In this document: piece after piece, positions 33,598 through 43,398 of the stretch | How positions within the stretch are numbered: the stretch's first letter is position 1 | How the letters are laid out: each line of letters begins with the position of its first letter | Assembly (NCBI GenBank): GCA_965205505.1 | Contig: CBDBHB010000009.1 | Coordinates: forward strand, 3,008,001-3,072,000 | Source of the DNA: Acidobacteriota bacterium | GTDB taxonomy: Bacteria > Acidobacteriota > UBA890 > WLXD01 | Length of the DNA stretch: 64,000 bases | Reading direction: 5' to 3' | Program-made: the position numbers and the translations under genes | The notes under the pieces: model-generated | What the model was told of the DNA's origin: nothing | The model's database searches: none | The model's input: only the letters and a program-made list of their open reading frames with translations

Positions 33598-33872
33598 AGC
33601 AGGCCGTGGTGAAAGTGTGGCGGGCCTGGCGACAGGGTCTTGCGAGGCGGAGGCAAGGAGAAAGGAGGAGGCGATGGTTACCCCATCGTTGACGACGAAC
33701 GACGCGGGATACGCGCACAACCCCCTGTCGCCCGAAGGGTTGCGGCGATTTGGGGCCATCTGCGGCGTTCGCCTTCCTCGACGATGGCTCGGGCATCGCC
33801 AGTGTCAGGCCGCCTTGCATGTGGCCCCAACTCGCCGTAACCAGGCCCGCCACACTTTCACCACGGCCTGCT
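33598..33872. mobile_element. MITE-like element, copy C, with perfect 32 bp TIRs
   Basis: AGCAGGCCGTGGTGAAAGTGTGGCGGGCCTGG at 33598-33629; exact reverse complement at 33841-33872. Confidence 0.85.
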
Positions 33873-33962
33873 CGGGGGTAGGGTTCACCCTCCTCTGTTG
33901 TTCACGGAGCGCGCTGAACAGGAGAACGTCGGCGCCGGGTACGAGGTGAGCTGGAGCAGACA

Positions 33963-36017
33963 ATGCGCCGAACAAGGCTCGCTAGCTCCTTTGCCGCCAT
34001 CATGCTGTTGGCGGGGCTTTCGCACGCCGGCGGGCAGCTCTCCCCGACCGAAAGCCAGATCCTGAGCGCTCTGGATACCGACAGGACAATCGCCCTCACC
34101 CGCCGTCTCTCGGAGGAACTCGTCAAGAACGACTCGGGTGCGGGTGCCGGCTCGGCCATCGCCGGCAGCGCCGATGAGCGCCTCTTGGCCGGCTTCATCG
34201 AGGCGGAGATGAAGCGGCTAGGTTTGGAGGTGCGGCGGGAGAGCTTCCCCGTGCACGCTTACGACTACGGGGAAGTATTGCTGCGGGCATCGGGCAGACA
34301 GCTGCCGGCGATCACCCAGCACTCCGGCGCAGGGACCTGGGGTACGGCCGAGCGAGTGCCGTACACCAAGGGCAACACGTCTGGTGGACAGCGCCTGCGG
34401 ACGGCGTTACTCGATGCAGGAGAGGGCTGGGTCCATGACTACGCGAACCTGAGCGAGGTGCGCGGTAAAGCCGTGCTGGTGCGCCGCGGAGCGGGTTGGC
34501 TCAACAGCCAGGTCGTGATGGAGGCGGCAGAACAGGGAGCGTCCGCGATCTTGCTCTACGACTACAACGGCGGTGGTGGCGAGGCCCCCCAGGACTCGAT
34601 CCAGCAGATGAGCATCGTTTACCGCGATCCGATCCCGACCGTGACGATCAGCAACCGTGATGCCGCATGGCTCAAGGAACGGCTTGCCGAGGGCCAGGTG
34701 ATGATCGAGCTCGAAAACCGGGTCGATGTCGACTACGGCGTTTCCGAGAACGTCATCGGCATGATCCGGGGCCGGGAGTATCCGGACGAATGGATCATCG
34801 TCTCGGCGCACCACGACCGCTGGTGGCAGGGAGCCCAAGACAACAGCGTCGGTGTGGCCGTCATGCTGGAGCTGGCCCGCGTGATCTCGGAGGGTTACCG
34901 GCCGCGGCGCAGCTTCCTGTTCATCGCCTTTGGAAGCGAAGAAGTCGGAGGACTGTGGACCCAGTACGACTGGCTGGCGGGTTCCCATGCGTTCATCCGG
35001 GCGCACCCCGAGGTCACCTCGCGTCTGGCCTATGCCTTCAACATGGAAGGCGCTGGATGGAAGGGGCGTGAGGGCCGCTTGTATGCCACCCTCGACCAGG
35101 TTGCCTTCCAACGCGGTTTGCTGGCAGAGCTCGGCCTCGACGAGCGGGTGACCGTACGTGAGCGTATCAGGGGCGATGGCTGGTCGTTGGGAGGGGTTCG
35201 GGGCGGAGCGGTGGCATACATGAGTTGGACCGGTGACGTCCCCTACAGCCGCTACTACCACACGCAGCACGATGTCTATCGCGCCGAGGATTACACTAAC
35301 CTGCAGGACCACCTGCGAGTCGGAGCACTCGGCGTGCTTCGGATGGATCAAGCTGTTGTCCTGCCCGTCGGTTTCTCAGAGATCGCTGACTGGGTCGCCC
35401 AACAGCTCGAGAGGATCGAGCAGACACTCTCCGCTCTCTCGGCACCGACGGAGCTGCTTCGCGACGCTAGAGAGGCGGCAGAGCGCCTTCGCACGCAGGC
35501 CGAAAGGCTGGCAGCGGCTCATGCGTCAGTCGTGGACGTCGATCACGCAGCGGTCGTCAATGCCCTCTTGATGGGGACCCGACACGATCTCGTTCCCTGG
35601 CTTCTCAACACAGAACAACGCCTGAGAGGAAGCCGTTACGCGGAAGATTTCGCTGCACTCCAGAGAGCCCGTCTCGCTGCCACGGATGAAGATACGGAGG
35701 CTGCGGCGAGGGCGCTCGAAGAGGTCAACACGATGCAGTGGGGCAGGCAGGTTTCGCCCGGAACCTACCGCGCTGAGAGGCTGCTCTCCTACGAGCCGAT
35801 CGGTTGGATGTGGGAGTTCGACCAGCACCCGCGTCCGATCGGTCCGGAACTCCACACCATCTACTCGCAGCTCGGGGCGGGACGCGGCTCTGATTCGGTC
35901 ACCGGGATCGCCAGGCTCGAGGCGCAGGCGGAGGGTTCGCTGCGTGAGGCCTTGTTCATCGTGAGCGGCAAGCTTCGGGAAGCCGCGAGGGCGCTTGCCG
36001 ATGTTCCGCTACCGTAA
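33963..36017 (+). CDS. Exported M28-family metallopeptidase with PA domain
   Basis: Signal peptide, VRGKAVLVRRG, SAHHD, GAQDNSVG, GSEE, YYHT. Confidence 0.87.
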   Translation: MRRTRLASSFAAIMLLAGLSHAGGQLSPTESQILSALDTDRTIALTRRLSEELVKNDSGAGAGSAIAGSADERLLAGFIEAEMKRLGLEVRRESFPVHAYDYGEVLLRASGRQLPAITQHSGAGTWGTAERVPYTKGNTSGGQRLRTALLDAGEGWVHDYANLSEVRGKAVLVRRGAGWLNSQVVMEAAEQGASAILLYDYNGGGGEAPQDSIQQMSIVYRDPIPTVTISNRDAAWLKERLAEGQVMIELENRVDVDYGVSENVIGMIRGREYPDEWIIVSAHHDRWWQGAQDNSVGVAVMLELARVISEGYRPRRSFLFIAFGSEEVGGLWTQYDWLAGSHAFIRAHPEVTSRLAYAFNMEGAGWKGREGRLYATLDQVAFQRGLLAELGLDERVTVRERIRGDGWSLGGVRGGAVAYMSWTGDVPYSRYYHTQHDVYRAEDYTNLQDHLRVGALGVLRMDQAVVLPVGFSEIADWVAQQLERIEQTLSALSAPTELLRDAREAAERLRTQAERLAAAHASVVDVDHAAVVNALLMGTRHDLVPWLLNTEQRLRGSRYAEDFAALQRARLAATDEDTEAAARALEEVNTMQWGRQVSPGTYRAERLLSYEPIGWMWEFDQHPRPIGPELHTIYSQLGAGRGSDSVTGIARLEAQAEGSLREALFIVSGKLREAARALADVPLP

Positions 36018-36068
36018 GTACGGATCCCTCTGATTGGAAGAGTCGGTTGGCTGCGGCCTTGAGCCGGC

Positions 36069-38069
36069 CTACCTCAGGGAGGCAAGCTCGATGCCTCGAT
36101 CGATCATGCGCTGGACGTCTTCTGGTAACAGCAGGCCCTGTTGTAACAGTCGGTGGGCGGCTTCTGCCAACCGACGGACATAGTCTTCGTGGCTCGCATA
36201 GCGCTCCGCGATCGACAGCCGTGGATCACCCGTTGCCAAGCGCTCCTCACGATCCTGAGGAAACGCGATGCTGGACCCGGTGACACCGCAGAGAGCGCCC
36301 TCCGCATAGCCCGCACGCCGCAGATTCCAACCAAGATAGGTGGCAACTGGAACCTCGACCGCCGGCAGCCGGATGCCGGCGATGTCGTTGCCGTCGTCAT
36401 CTACCTCGGGCACGAACAATGGGTAGGCTGCACCTTCTGGGGGAGGCTGGGCATCGTAATCGACGACGTGCAGGTGGTTGATCTGGCCCTGGTAGCGCAG
36501 ACCGGGGATCGCGGGCAAGCCGAAGGTTTTCCGATCGGCAGCAACCAGCGTCCCATCCGAGATCGTCGGGAAGCGGCTAACGGGCGGCTCGACGCCATCG
36601 GTAACCCAACGGTCGAGCGCTACCAGCAGGGCCCGCATCGGTCCGCCCTTGTGGAGCGGATTGCTCGGCTGCTGGCAGGTTCTCGTCGGCGCGGGCAGAG
36701 CGTCGATCCTAGCCGAATGCTGGGTGCTGGAGATCAAGTAAGCGCGCACGTTGCCGGGTAGCTCGATCGGCTTGCCGTCGGTGTCCGTCACCACCAACGA
36801 CGAACGCGCCTGAAAGAACTCTGTCGACGAGTCGACATGCATGATCTTCGGACAGTTTCCTGCCCGCTGGCAGCGGGCAAGTACTCCGTCACGCTTCCCG
36901 GTCAGGGAATCGGTCGTGATGCCGTAGGTGAAGGGGAACTGGTCTCCGGGTTGGAGATGTTCCTCGTGCTGTCGCGAGAACCGACCCGGTTGGGCGAAGC
37001 GGTGGTTGATGTACGTCTTGCGGCCACCGGCGACGTCGGGGATCAGGGCATCGAAGACGACCAACCCCTCTTCGTCTTCATTGAACCCCTGATAGAGGAG
37101 GTCACGCAGAAAGCGACCGCTCTGTGAGATACCAAGGGCGTAGGCACGCTCGATCAGGGGCGCACCGTTGGGAGCCAGCGGATTGGGGTTACCTACCGAG
37201 TCCTCCACCTGCCGCCGAAGAAACGCGACCACGTCGCGCACGGAGGCGAAGGCCAACCCCATGACGACCGGATCTCTGGCCGGGTAGACGATCTCGTAGA
37301 TTGCCCCGGCATCGAAACCGGCCGGTCTCTGGATCAGGATCTGACGCGGGTCCCGGTACGAGATTCCCGAGCGGCGAACCCTGAAGTATTCGAAAGACAG
37401 ATCGTCCGGCGACTGCCGGGGATGCGTTTGCTGCTGGCGGACCGTCAGGGACGCCAGCGTCGGATCCATGTCGGCGGCCGGATAGCTGAGCGTCGCCACA
37501 ACCGGATTGATGTCGTCGTTGAAGATGAACTCGTCCCGACTCGGACCAGTGATGCCTTTGGCGACCGGCACCGTGAGACTCATGAGCTTCTCTCCCGGAC
37601 CCAGGTCGCCTTGCCAGCCGGACCAGACGATGGTGTAGCCCTGTCGCATGAGAAAGCCGTTGCCCGCATCCTCGGCCGTCGTCGGATCATCCTCCCAGGG
37701 CCCATCGTTCATCAGATTAAGGCCGATCTTTTCCCCACGGTTGAGGACATCGTAGAAGATCCGACGGTTGCCGCGTTCCAGGTCGACCGGCTTCAGCAGC
37801 ACGACATCGGCGATGAACTCGACGTGCCCGGCAGCATTCCGAGGAACAGCGGCAAGATCCACGATCCCGGCATTGCATGGTGCCTCCGGATCGACCTCAA
37901 GAGTCGCTCTGATGATCAGCTTCTCGTAGACGCCGATGCTACCAAAACGCCGACCCTCGAAGGTTGGTGACTCGACCTCGACGATCTCGAATCGTACGAC
38001 TTCTGCAAGCCCGGTGGCCGCCATCAAGCCGAAACCGAGCTGGATAACCAGCATCGACTTCCATCGCAT
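36069..38069 (-). CDS. Exported alpha/beta-hydrolase-domain protein
   Basis: Signal peptide, YDVLNRG, WSGWQGD, nucleophile elbow GISQSGRFL, DGNDIAGIRLP, RLSIAERY. Confidence 0.85.
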   Translation of the reverse strand: MRWKSMLVIQLGFGLMAATGLAEVVRFEIVEVESPTFEGRRFGSIGVYEKLIIRATLEVDPEAPCNAGIVDLAAVPRNAAGHVEFIADVVLLKPVDLERGNRRIFYDVLNRGEKIGLNLMNDGPWEDDPTTAEDAGNGFLMRQGYTIVWSGWQGDLGPGEKLMSLTVPVAKGITGPSRDEFIFNDDINPVVATLSYPAADMDPTLASLTVRQQQTHPRQSPDDLSFEYFRVRRSGISYRDPRQILIQRPAGFDAGAIYEIVYPARDPVVMGLAFASVRDVVAFLRRQVEDSVGNPNPLAPNGAPLIERAYALGISQSGRFLRDLLYQGFNEDEEGLVVFDALIPDVAGGRKTYINHRFAQPGRFSRQHEEHLQPGDQFPFTYGITTDSLTGKRDGVLARCQRAGNCPKIMHVDSSTEFFQARSSLVVTDTDGKPIELPGNVRAYLISSTQHSARIDALPAPTRTCQQPSNPLHKGGPMRALLVALDRWVTDGVEPPVSRFPTISDGTLVAADRKTFGLPAIPGLRYQGQINHLHVVDYDAQPPPEGAAYPLFVPEVDDDGNDIAGIRLPAVEVPVATYLGWNLRRAGYAEGALCGVTGSSIAFPQDREERLATGDPRLSIAERYASHEDYVRRLAEAAHRLLQQGLLLPEDVQRMIDRGIELASLR

Positions 38070-38319
38070 CGCACACCTCTGCATATGCCAGGCGCCGTCG
38101 GCTCCCGCTCTGATCATCGTGGGCGACAGTCGTGCAGGGCGCTCCCAGTGCCTGCTGTTTGAGGGTTCAGCAAATCTCGGTGGGCCGGTGTTCACAAGCT
38201 CTCACCTCAGCCCTCCTGGCGGGGTAAGCCAGACGAGCAGAAGATCGGTGCCGATCACGAACGGGCCCTCTTCGACATCTTAGAGGCTCAAGCCGAAGCG
38301 GGATATTGTCAAGTTCGGG

Positions 38320-38611
38320 AGTAGATATCTTCAGCCCGTGCGTGACCTTCAATCATGACAACGACTATCCGTTCTTCCGCGAACGTGTGCGCCGGCTGGA
38401 GGACGAGGACCACGACCCGAGCGATTGGAAGAGCGCGTGCGAGAAGGCAATGCTGTGGGGCGATACGATCTACACGGGGCATTTCTTCGAGAACGTGGCC
38501 CCGTCGCTCGACCAGCTGGAGCCGGTGCTCGATGAAGGCGGCCCCCTTGCGCTGCGCTCCCTCGGCCTCACGCGGGAGCAGAGCAGGCGCCTCGTCGATC
38601 GGATGATGTAG
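38320..38611 (+). pseudogene. 2-oxoacid:ferredoxin oxidoreductase beta subunit, C-terminal fragment
   Basis: VDIFSPCVTFN ... HDPSD ... IYTGHFF. Confidence 0.7.
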
Positions 38612-38825
38612 CCAGGCCTACGATCTCGTGCAGCGCACGCTGATGACGGATGCCCCCCAATACCCGAGCAACCAGAGTCAGGGCCACGGGCGTCCTCGGC
38701 TGGCCAACGAGATGTATCGACGCGGCTGAAAGCAAGCGTGGCCAAGCGTTTCCGGCTCTACCCTCGGTTGAGAACTCTCTCCTCGCGACCTTTCTGGCCT
38801 CGCGGCTGCCTATGAAGCTCGGCTG

Positions 38826-39146
38826 GTGCTTGCCACCCAGCCATCCGTATGGCGACCGGGCATGACGGCCGACGAGCAGGAACGGCTATGGCTCGGCGGT
38901 GTCGGCAACTACCAGGAGCAGCCCGGCCAGCCGTACTACTCGGTCGACACGTTGGCCGATGGCATGCAACGCTACAATGACGTTCTCGTTGACACATGTC
39001 GCCAACGCGGCGTCGAATGTCTCGATCTCGCCGCCGCGTTGGCGCGCAGCACGGATAACTTCTTCGACGACGTTCACTTTACCGAGGCTGGATCGGCAGA
39101 GGTTGGACGACTCGTCGTGGCACATCTGGGTCGGCGCGCCTTCTGA
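38826..39146 (+). pseudogene. SGNH/GDSL hydrolase, C-terminal fragment
   Basis: YNDVL..C...GVECLDLA, FFDDVHFTEAG (DxxH). Confidence 0.7.
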
Positions 39147-39185
39147 GGCGGTGTTGTAGCGGACCGATCCCCAGCCGGAGTTGAA

Positions 39186-40577
39186 ATGTCCTTTCGGCAT
39201 CGTTCGCTCTGGCTCCAGGAAGTCGCGGGAGATGCGCCCGACGCACCTCCGCTGCGCGGGCGCGTGCGGGCCGACGTTGCGATCGTCGGTGGCGGCTACG
39301 TCGGCCTATGGACGGCGATTCGGATCAAGCAGGCAGAGCCACAATGTGGTGTGGCTATTCTCGAGCAGGACATCTGCGGTGGAGGCGCCTCTGGCCGCAA
39401 TGGGGGCTTCGTGCTGTCGTGGTGGCCGAAGCTTGCCTCGCTGAGCAAGATGGTCGGGACCGAAGAGGCGATTCGCGTTGCGCGGGGCTCTGAGCAAGCG
39501 ATCGCCGAGATCGGCGATTTCTGCGCCGCCCACGCGATCGACGCCGACTATCGGCAAGGAGGGTGGCTATGGGCCGCCACGAGTGAAGCGCAACGTGGAG
39601 CATGGGACGGACTGCTCGATCTCTGTGCTCGGCACGGGGTGGACGCCTTCCGGCGTCTGGACCCCACCGAAGTGGCGCGCCGCAGCGGCTCGACGGCCCA
39701 CCGGGAAGGTGTTTTCGAGAGCACGGCCGCAATCGTGCAGCCGGCGGCGCTGGCCCGCGGGCTGCGTCGCGTCGCGTTGAAGATGGGCGTTCGGATCTTC
39801 GAGCATACCCAGATGCGTACGTTCTCGCGCCGTCGACCGGTCACGGTCGAGTGCGATAACGGAACGCTGCTTGCCGATACGCTGGTGATCGCCACCAACG
39901 CCTGGGCGGCGCGCGTCCCCGAACTGGCGCGCGCCATCGTAGTGGTCTCCAGCGACATGGTCGCCACCGCGCCGATCCCGGAAGAGCTCGACCGGATCGG
40001 CTGGGAACGGGACCTCGCGATCACCGATTCGCAACTCATGGTCGACTACTATCGCACCACGCGAGATGGCCGCATTGCCTTCGGCAAGGGCGGCAGTACC
40101 CTCGCCTACGGCGGCAACGTCGGAGGCGCCTTCGATCGCAGCGCCCGCCGCGCTCGCGAGGTCGAGGCAGACTTCCGACGCTACTACCCGACACTCGACC
40201 ACGTGCCTATCACCCACGACTGGTCGGGGCCCATCGATCGAACGCCCAACAGCGTCCCCCTGATGGGCCACCTCGGAGGGCTCGAGCACATCGTCTACGG
40301 GGTCGGCTGGAGCGGTAACGGGGTTGGGCCCAGCGTTGTCGGGGGCAAGGTCCTCGCAAGCCTGGCGCTGCGAGCCCAGGACGAATGGTCAGACCATCCG
40401 CTGGTTGACCAGCCCACCGCCGGGTTTCCGCCTGAGCCCATTCGATTCGTCGGTGCGCACATCGTGCGGGCGGCGGTGGCTAGCAAGGAGCGCGCCGAGA
40501 TTCGCGACCGCAAGCCATCGTGGCTGTCGGTGAAACTGGCGGGCCTCGCGCCGTCGGGTCTCGAGGACAAGGAGTGA
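39186..40577 (+). CDS. FAD-dependent oxidoreductase (DAO/PuuB-like)
   Basis: IVGGGYVGL, GASGRNGG, WSGPID, GWSGNGVG. Confidence 0.9.
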   Translation: MSFRHRSLWLQEVAGDAPDAPPLRGRVRADVAIVGGGYVGLWTAIRIKQAEPQCGVAILEQDICGGGASGRNGGFVLSWWPKLASLSKMVGTEEAIRVARGSEQAIAEIGDFCAAHAIDADYRQGGWLWAATSEAQRGAWDGLLDLCARHGVDAFRRLDPTEVARRSGSTAHREGVFESTAAIVQPAALARGLRRVALKMGVRIFEHTQMRTFSRRRPVTVECDNGTLLADTLVIATNAWAARVPELARAIVVVSSDMVATAPIPEELDRIGWERDLAITDSQLMVDYYRTTRDGRIAFGKGGSTLAYGGNVGGAFDRSARRAREVEADFRRYYPTLDHVPITHDWSGPIDRTPNSVPLMGHLGGLEHIVYGVGWSGNGVGPSVVGGKVLASLALRAQDEWSDHPLVDQPTAGFPPEPIRFVGAHIVRAAVASKERAEIRDRKPSWLSVKLAGLAPSGLEDKE

Positions 40578-40824
40578 GCCACGCGTGGGCTCCAGAGCGG
40601 CTGCTTATCGATCGTCAGGTCACCGCCCCGGTGGCGTCAAGGCGAGGTTTTCGACCGAGGCAGACAGATCCTACGACGCTTGAGAATCTGCCCCTCCCAT
40701 GGTCCAATGCGCGTAGGCGCGTATCATCCTTGAGGGCAACAACGGGCCACCATCGATCGGTGATCTCCGGCGCGGCGCGAGCGATGTTGAGCGTAGGCGC
40801 GGGCGCTGGTGGGAGACGTATGTC

Positions 40825-43314
40825 GTGAGAGCCGGTGCGGAGCGTGTCCGCGCGATGTCGCGGCTGGCAACAGCTACGCTGGCCGCCGGCTTTCTCGCAA
40901 CGAGCCTGAGCGCCAACAGCCTGGCGCAGAGCAACTCGAGACGGGTCGATCTGCCACCGGCGGCCAACGAGATCGCCGAGAGCGCCGCAGCCTACCAGTC
41001 GCAGAATCGTGTCATCGGCCAGTATTGCGTGCGCTGCCACAACGACGCGAACCGTACGGCCGACCTGTCGCTGGAGTCGTTCGACGTGGCTCGGGCCCAC
41101 GAGAGCGCGGAAATCGTCGAAAAGATGATTCGCAAGCTGCAAGCCGGCATGATGCCGCCACCGCCGCTGCGTCGGCCCGACCGGGCGACCGTCAACGCGC
41201 TGGTGACGTCGTTGGCAGGGCGCATCGATGAAGCCGCGGCGGCCGGATCCTACGGTGGGGGCCGCACGTTCCAACGGCTCAATCGCGCCGAGTACGAGCG
41301 TTCTGTGCGCCAGTTGTTGGATCTCGAGATCGATGCTGCCGCTTATCTGCCGCCCGACACGATCAGCGAAGGATTCGACAACGTGGCCGACGTACAGGGG
41401 TTGTCGGTGACGGTGATGCAGGGGTTCTTGGCGGCGGCCGGCGAAGTGAGCCGCATGGCGCTCGGTAACGTAAGGGCCACGCCTAGCGCGACGACCTACT
41501 CGGTGCCGCGATTCGCTTCACAGCGGCAGCAAGTGGAGGGCGCTCCCTACGGTACGCGCGGCGGACTCTCTGTGATCCACCATTTCCCGGCCGATGCCGA
41601 GTACACGTTCACGATGGATTTCTACGACTCGCCGATCGCCGAGCTGTTCGGCAAGCGCACCCTGCACGATGAGCAGATCGAGATCTCCATCAACGGCGAG
41701 CGGGCGGCGCTGGTAGACATCGATCGGTGGATGAATGCCGACAACGGTCTCCTCGAGGCCGATGCTCCGATTTTTGTCAGGGCGGGACCACAGCGCGTAT
41801 CGGCCGCGTTTCTGCAGCGCTTCGAGGGGCCTGTCGAAGACACGCTCTCACCGCACGAGTGGAGCCTGGCCGACAAGAAGATCGGCAGCTCGTACGGGGT
41901 GACTTCGTTACCGCATTTGCAGGACCTGATCATCGGTGGGCCCTACAACCCGCGGGGCGTATCGGCAACGCCGAGCCGCGACCATATCTTTGGCTGCCGG
42001 CCTACGGCTCCAAACGAGGAGCTGCCGTGCGCTCGCCAGATCGTCTCGCGTCTGGCAACCGAGGCATACCGACGGCCGCTGACAAGCGCCGACGTCGATG
42101 CGCTGATCAGCTTCTACGAGAACGGTGCTGGCGCGGGCGGATTCGAGATCGGCATCCGAGATGCCCTACAGGCAATCTTGGCGAGCCCTCACTTCATCTT
42201 CCGTTTCGAGGAGGCAGCTGCATCCGATCTGCCAGCCGCAGGGCATCGGATCAGCGATTTGAACCTTGCCTCGCGACTGTCGTTCTTCCTCTGGGCCGCC
42301 GCCCCCGACGACCAGCTGGTTGACCTGGCGCAGCGCGGTCAGCTGTCGGACCCACGGGTTCTCGAGGCCCAAGTAGCCCGGATGCTGGCCGACCCGCGCG
42401 CGGCGTCGCTAGGCACACGCTTCGCAGCCCAGTGGCTTCGCCTCCAGGATCTGTACCTGGTGCAGCCGGATGCGGTGATGTACCCCGATTTTCCACGACA
42501 GCTCGCCGATGCCATGCGCCAGGAGACCGAGCTGCTCTTCAACCATCTCGTGCAGGAAGATCGTGGCGTTCTCGAGTTGCTGACCGCCGACTACACGTTC
42601 GTCAACGAGCGCTTGGCCAGGCACTACGGCATCCCGAACGTCGCCGGCACGCATTTCCGCAAGGTGCCCCAGAGCGACCGCAATCGACGAGGTATTCTGG
42701 GGCACGGTAGCTTTCTCACGCTCACCTCGCACTCCACCCGAACCTCTCCGGTTCTGCGCGGCAAGTGGCTGATGGAGGTCTTGCTGGGCACTCCGCCTCC
42801 GCCTCCGCCAGCGGACGTGCCGGATCTAGAAGACAGCGATTTCGTCGGCGATACCAAGCTCACCACGGTGCGCGAGCGACTCGAGCAACATCGTGCCGAT
42901 CCGACCTGCATGTCGTGCCATCGGGTTATTGATCCGCTCGGCCTGGCGCTCGAGAACTTCGACGTCATGGGGACCTGGCGCATCAACGACAACGGCCTAC
43001 CGATCCAGGTTGCGGGCGAGCTGTACGACGGTACGCAGTTGGAGGGCCCCCTCGACTTGCAACGGGCGCTGCTCAACTACTCCGACGCCATCATCACGAA
43101 CTTTGCCAAGAACCTCATGGCCTATGGACTTGGCCGGCGGATCGAGTACACTGACATGCCTTTCATTCGGGCCATCGTTGCCGACGCGCGGCGGAATGAC
43201 GATAGGATGTCGTCGTTCATCCTCGGCATCGTTCGCAGTCCCTTATTCCAGACCAACGACCGCGCACTGCGGATACAGGTAGCCGACGGCGACGACGTCG
43301 AACACCGACCTTGA
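40825..43314 (+). CDS. DUF1592-family protein (DUF1587/1595/1592/1588/1585 domains) with two CxxCH motifs
   Basis: Signal peptide, CVRCH, GMMPP, RLNRAEY, LASRLSFFLW, NERLARHYG, TSPVLRGKW, CMSCH. Confidence 0.92.
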   Translation: MRAGAERVRAMSRLATATLAAGFLATSLSANSLAQSNSRRVDLPPAANEIAESAAAYQSQNRVIGQYCVRCHNDANRTADLSLESFDVARAHESAEIVEKMIRKLQAGMMPPPPLRRPDRATVNALVTSLAGRIDEAAAAGSYGGGRTFQRLNRAEYERSVRQLLDLEIDAAAYLPPDTISEGFDNVADVQGLSVTVMQGFLAAAGEVSRMALGNVRATPSATTYSVPRFASQRQQVEGAPYGTRGGLSVIHHFPADAEYTFTMDFYDSPIAELFGKRTLHDEQIEISINGERAALVDIDRWMNADNGLLEADAPIFVRAGPQRVSAAFLQRFEGPVEDTLSPHEWSLADKKIGSSYGVTSLPHLQDLIIGGPYNPRGVSATPSRDHIFGCRPTAPNEELPCARQIVSRLATEAYRRPLTSADVDALISFYENGAGAGGFEIGIRDALQAILASPHFIFRFEEAAASDLPAAGHRISDLNLASRLSFFLWAAAPDDQLVDLAQRGQLSDPRVLEAQVARMLADPRAASLGTRFAAQWLRLQDLYLVQPDAVMYPDFPRQLADAMRQETELLFNHLVQEDRGVLELLTADYTFVNERLARHYGIPNVAGTHFRKVPQSDRNRRGILGHGSFLTLTSHSTRTSPVLRGKWLMEVLLGTPPPPPPADVPDLEDSDFVGDTKLTTVRERLEQHRADPTCMSCHRVIDPLGLALENFDVMGTWRINDNGLPIQVAGELYDGTQLEGPLDLQRALLNYSDAIITNFAKNLMAYGLGRRIEYTDMPFIRAIVADARRNDDRMSSFILGIVRSPLFQTNDRALRIQVADGDDVEHRP

Positions 43315-43398
43315 TTGGAAGCTCGCCGGAACAATTGGAGCTCGACTGACCCGCGGAAACGGGGGGACGGCGGTGTACAGCCGAGCCTTGGAGGAACG

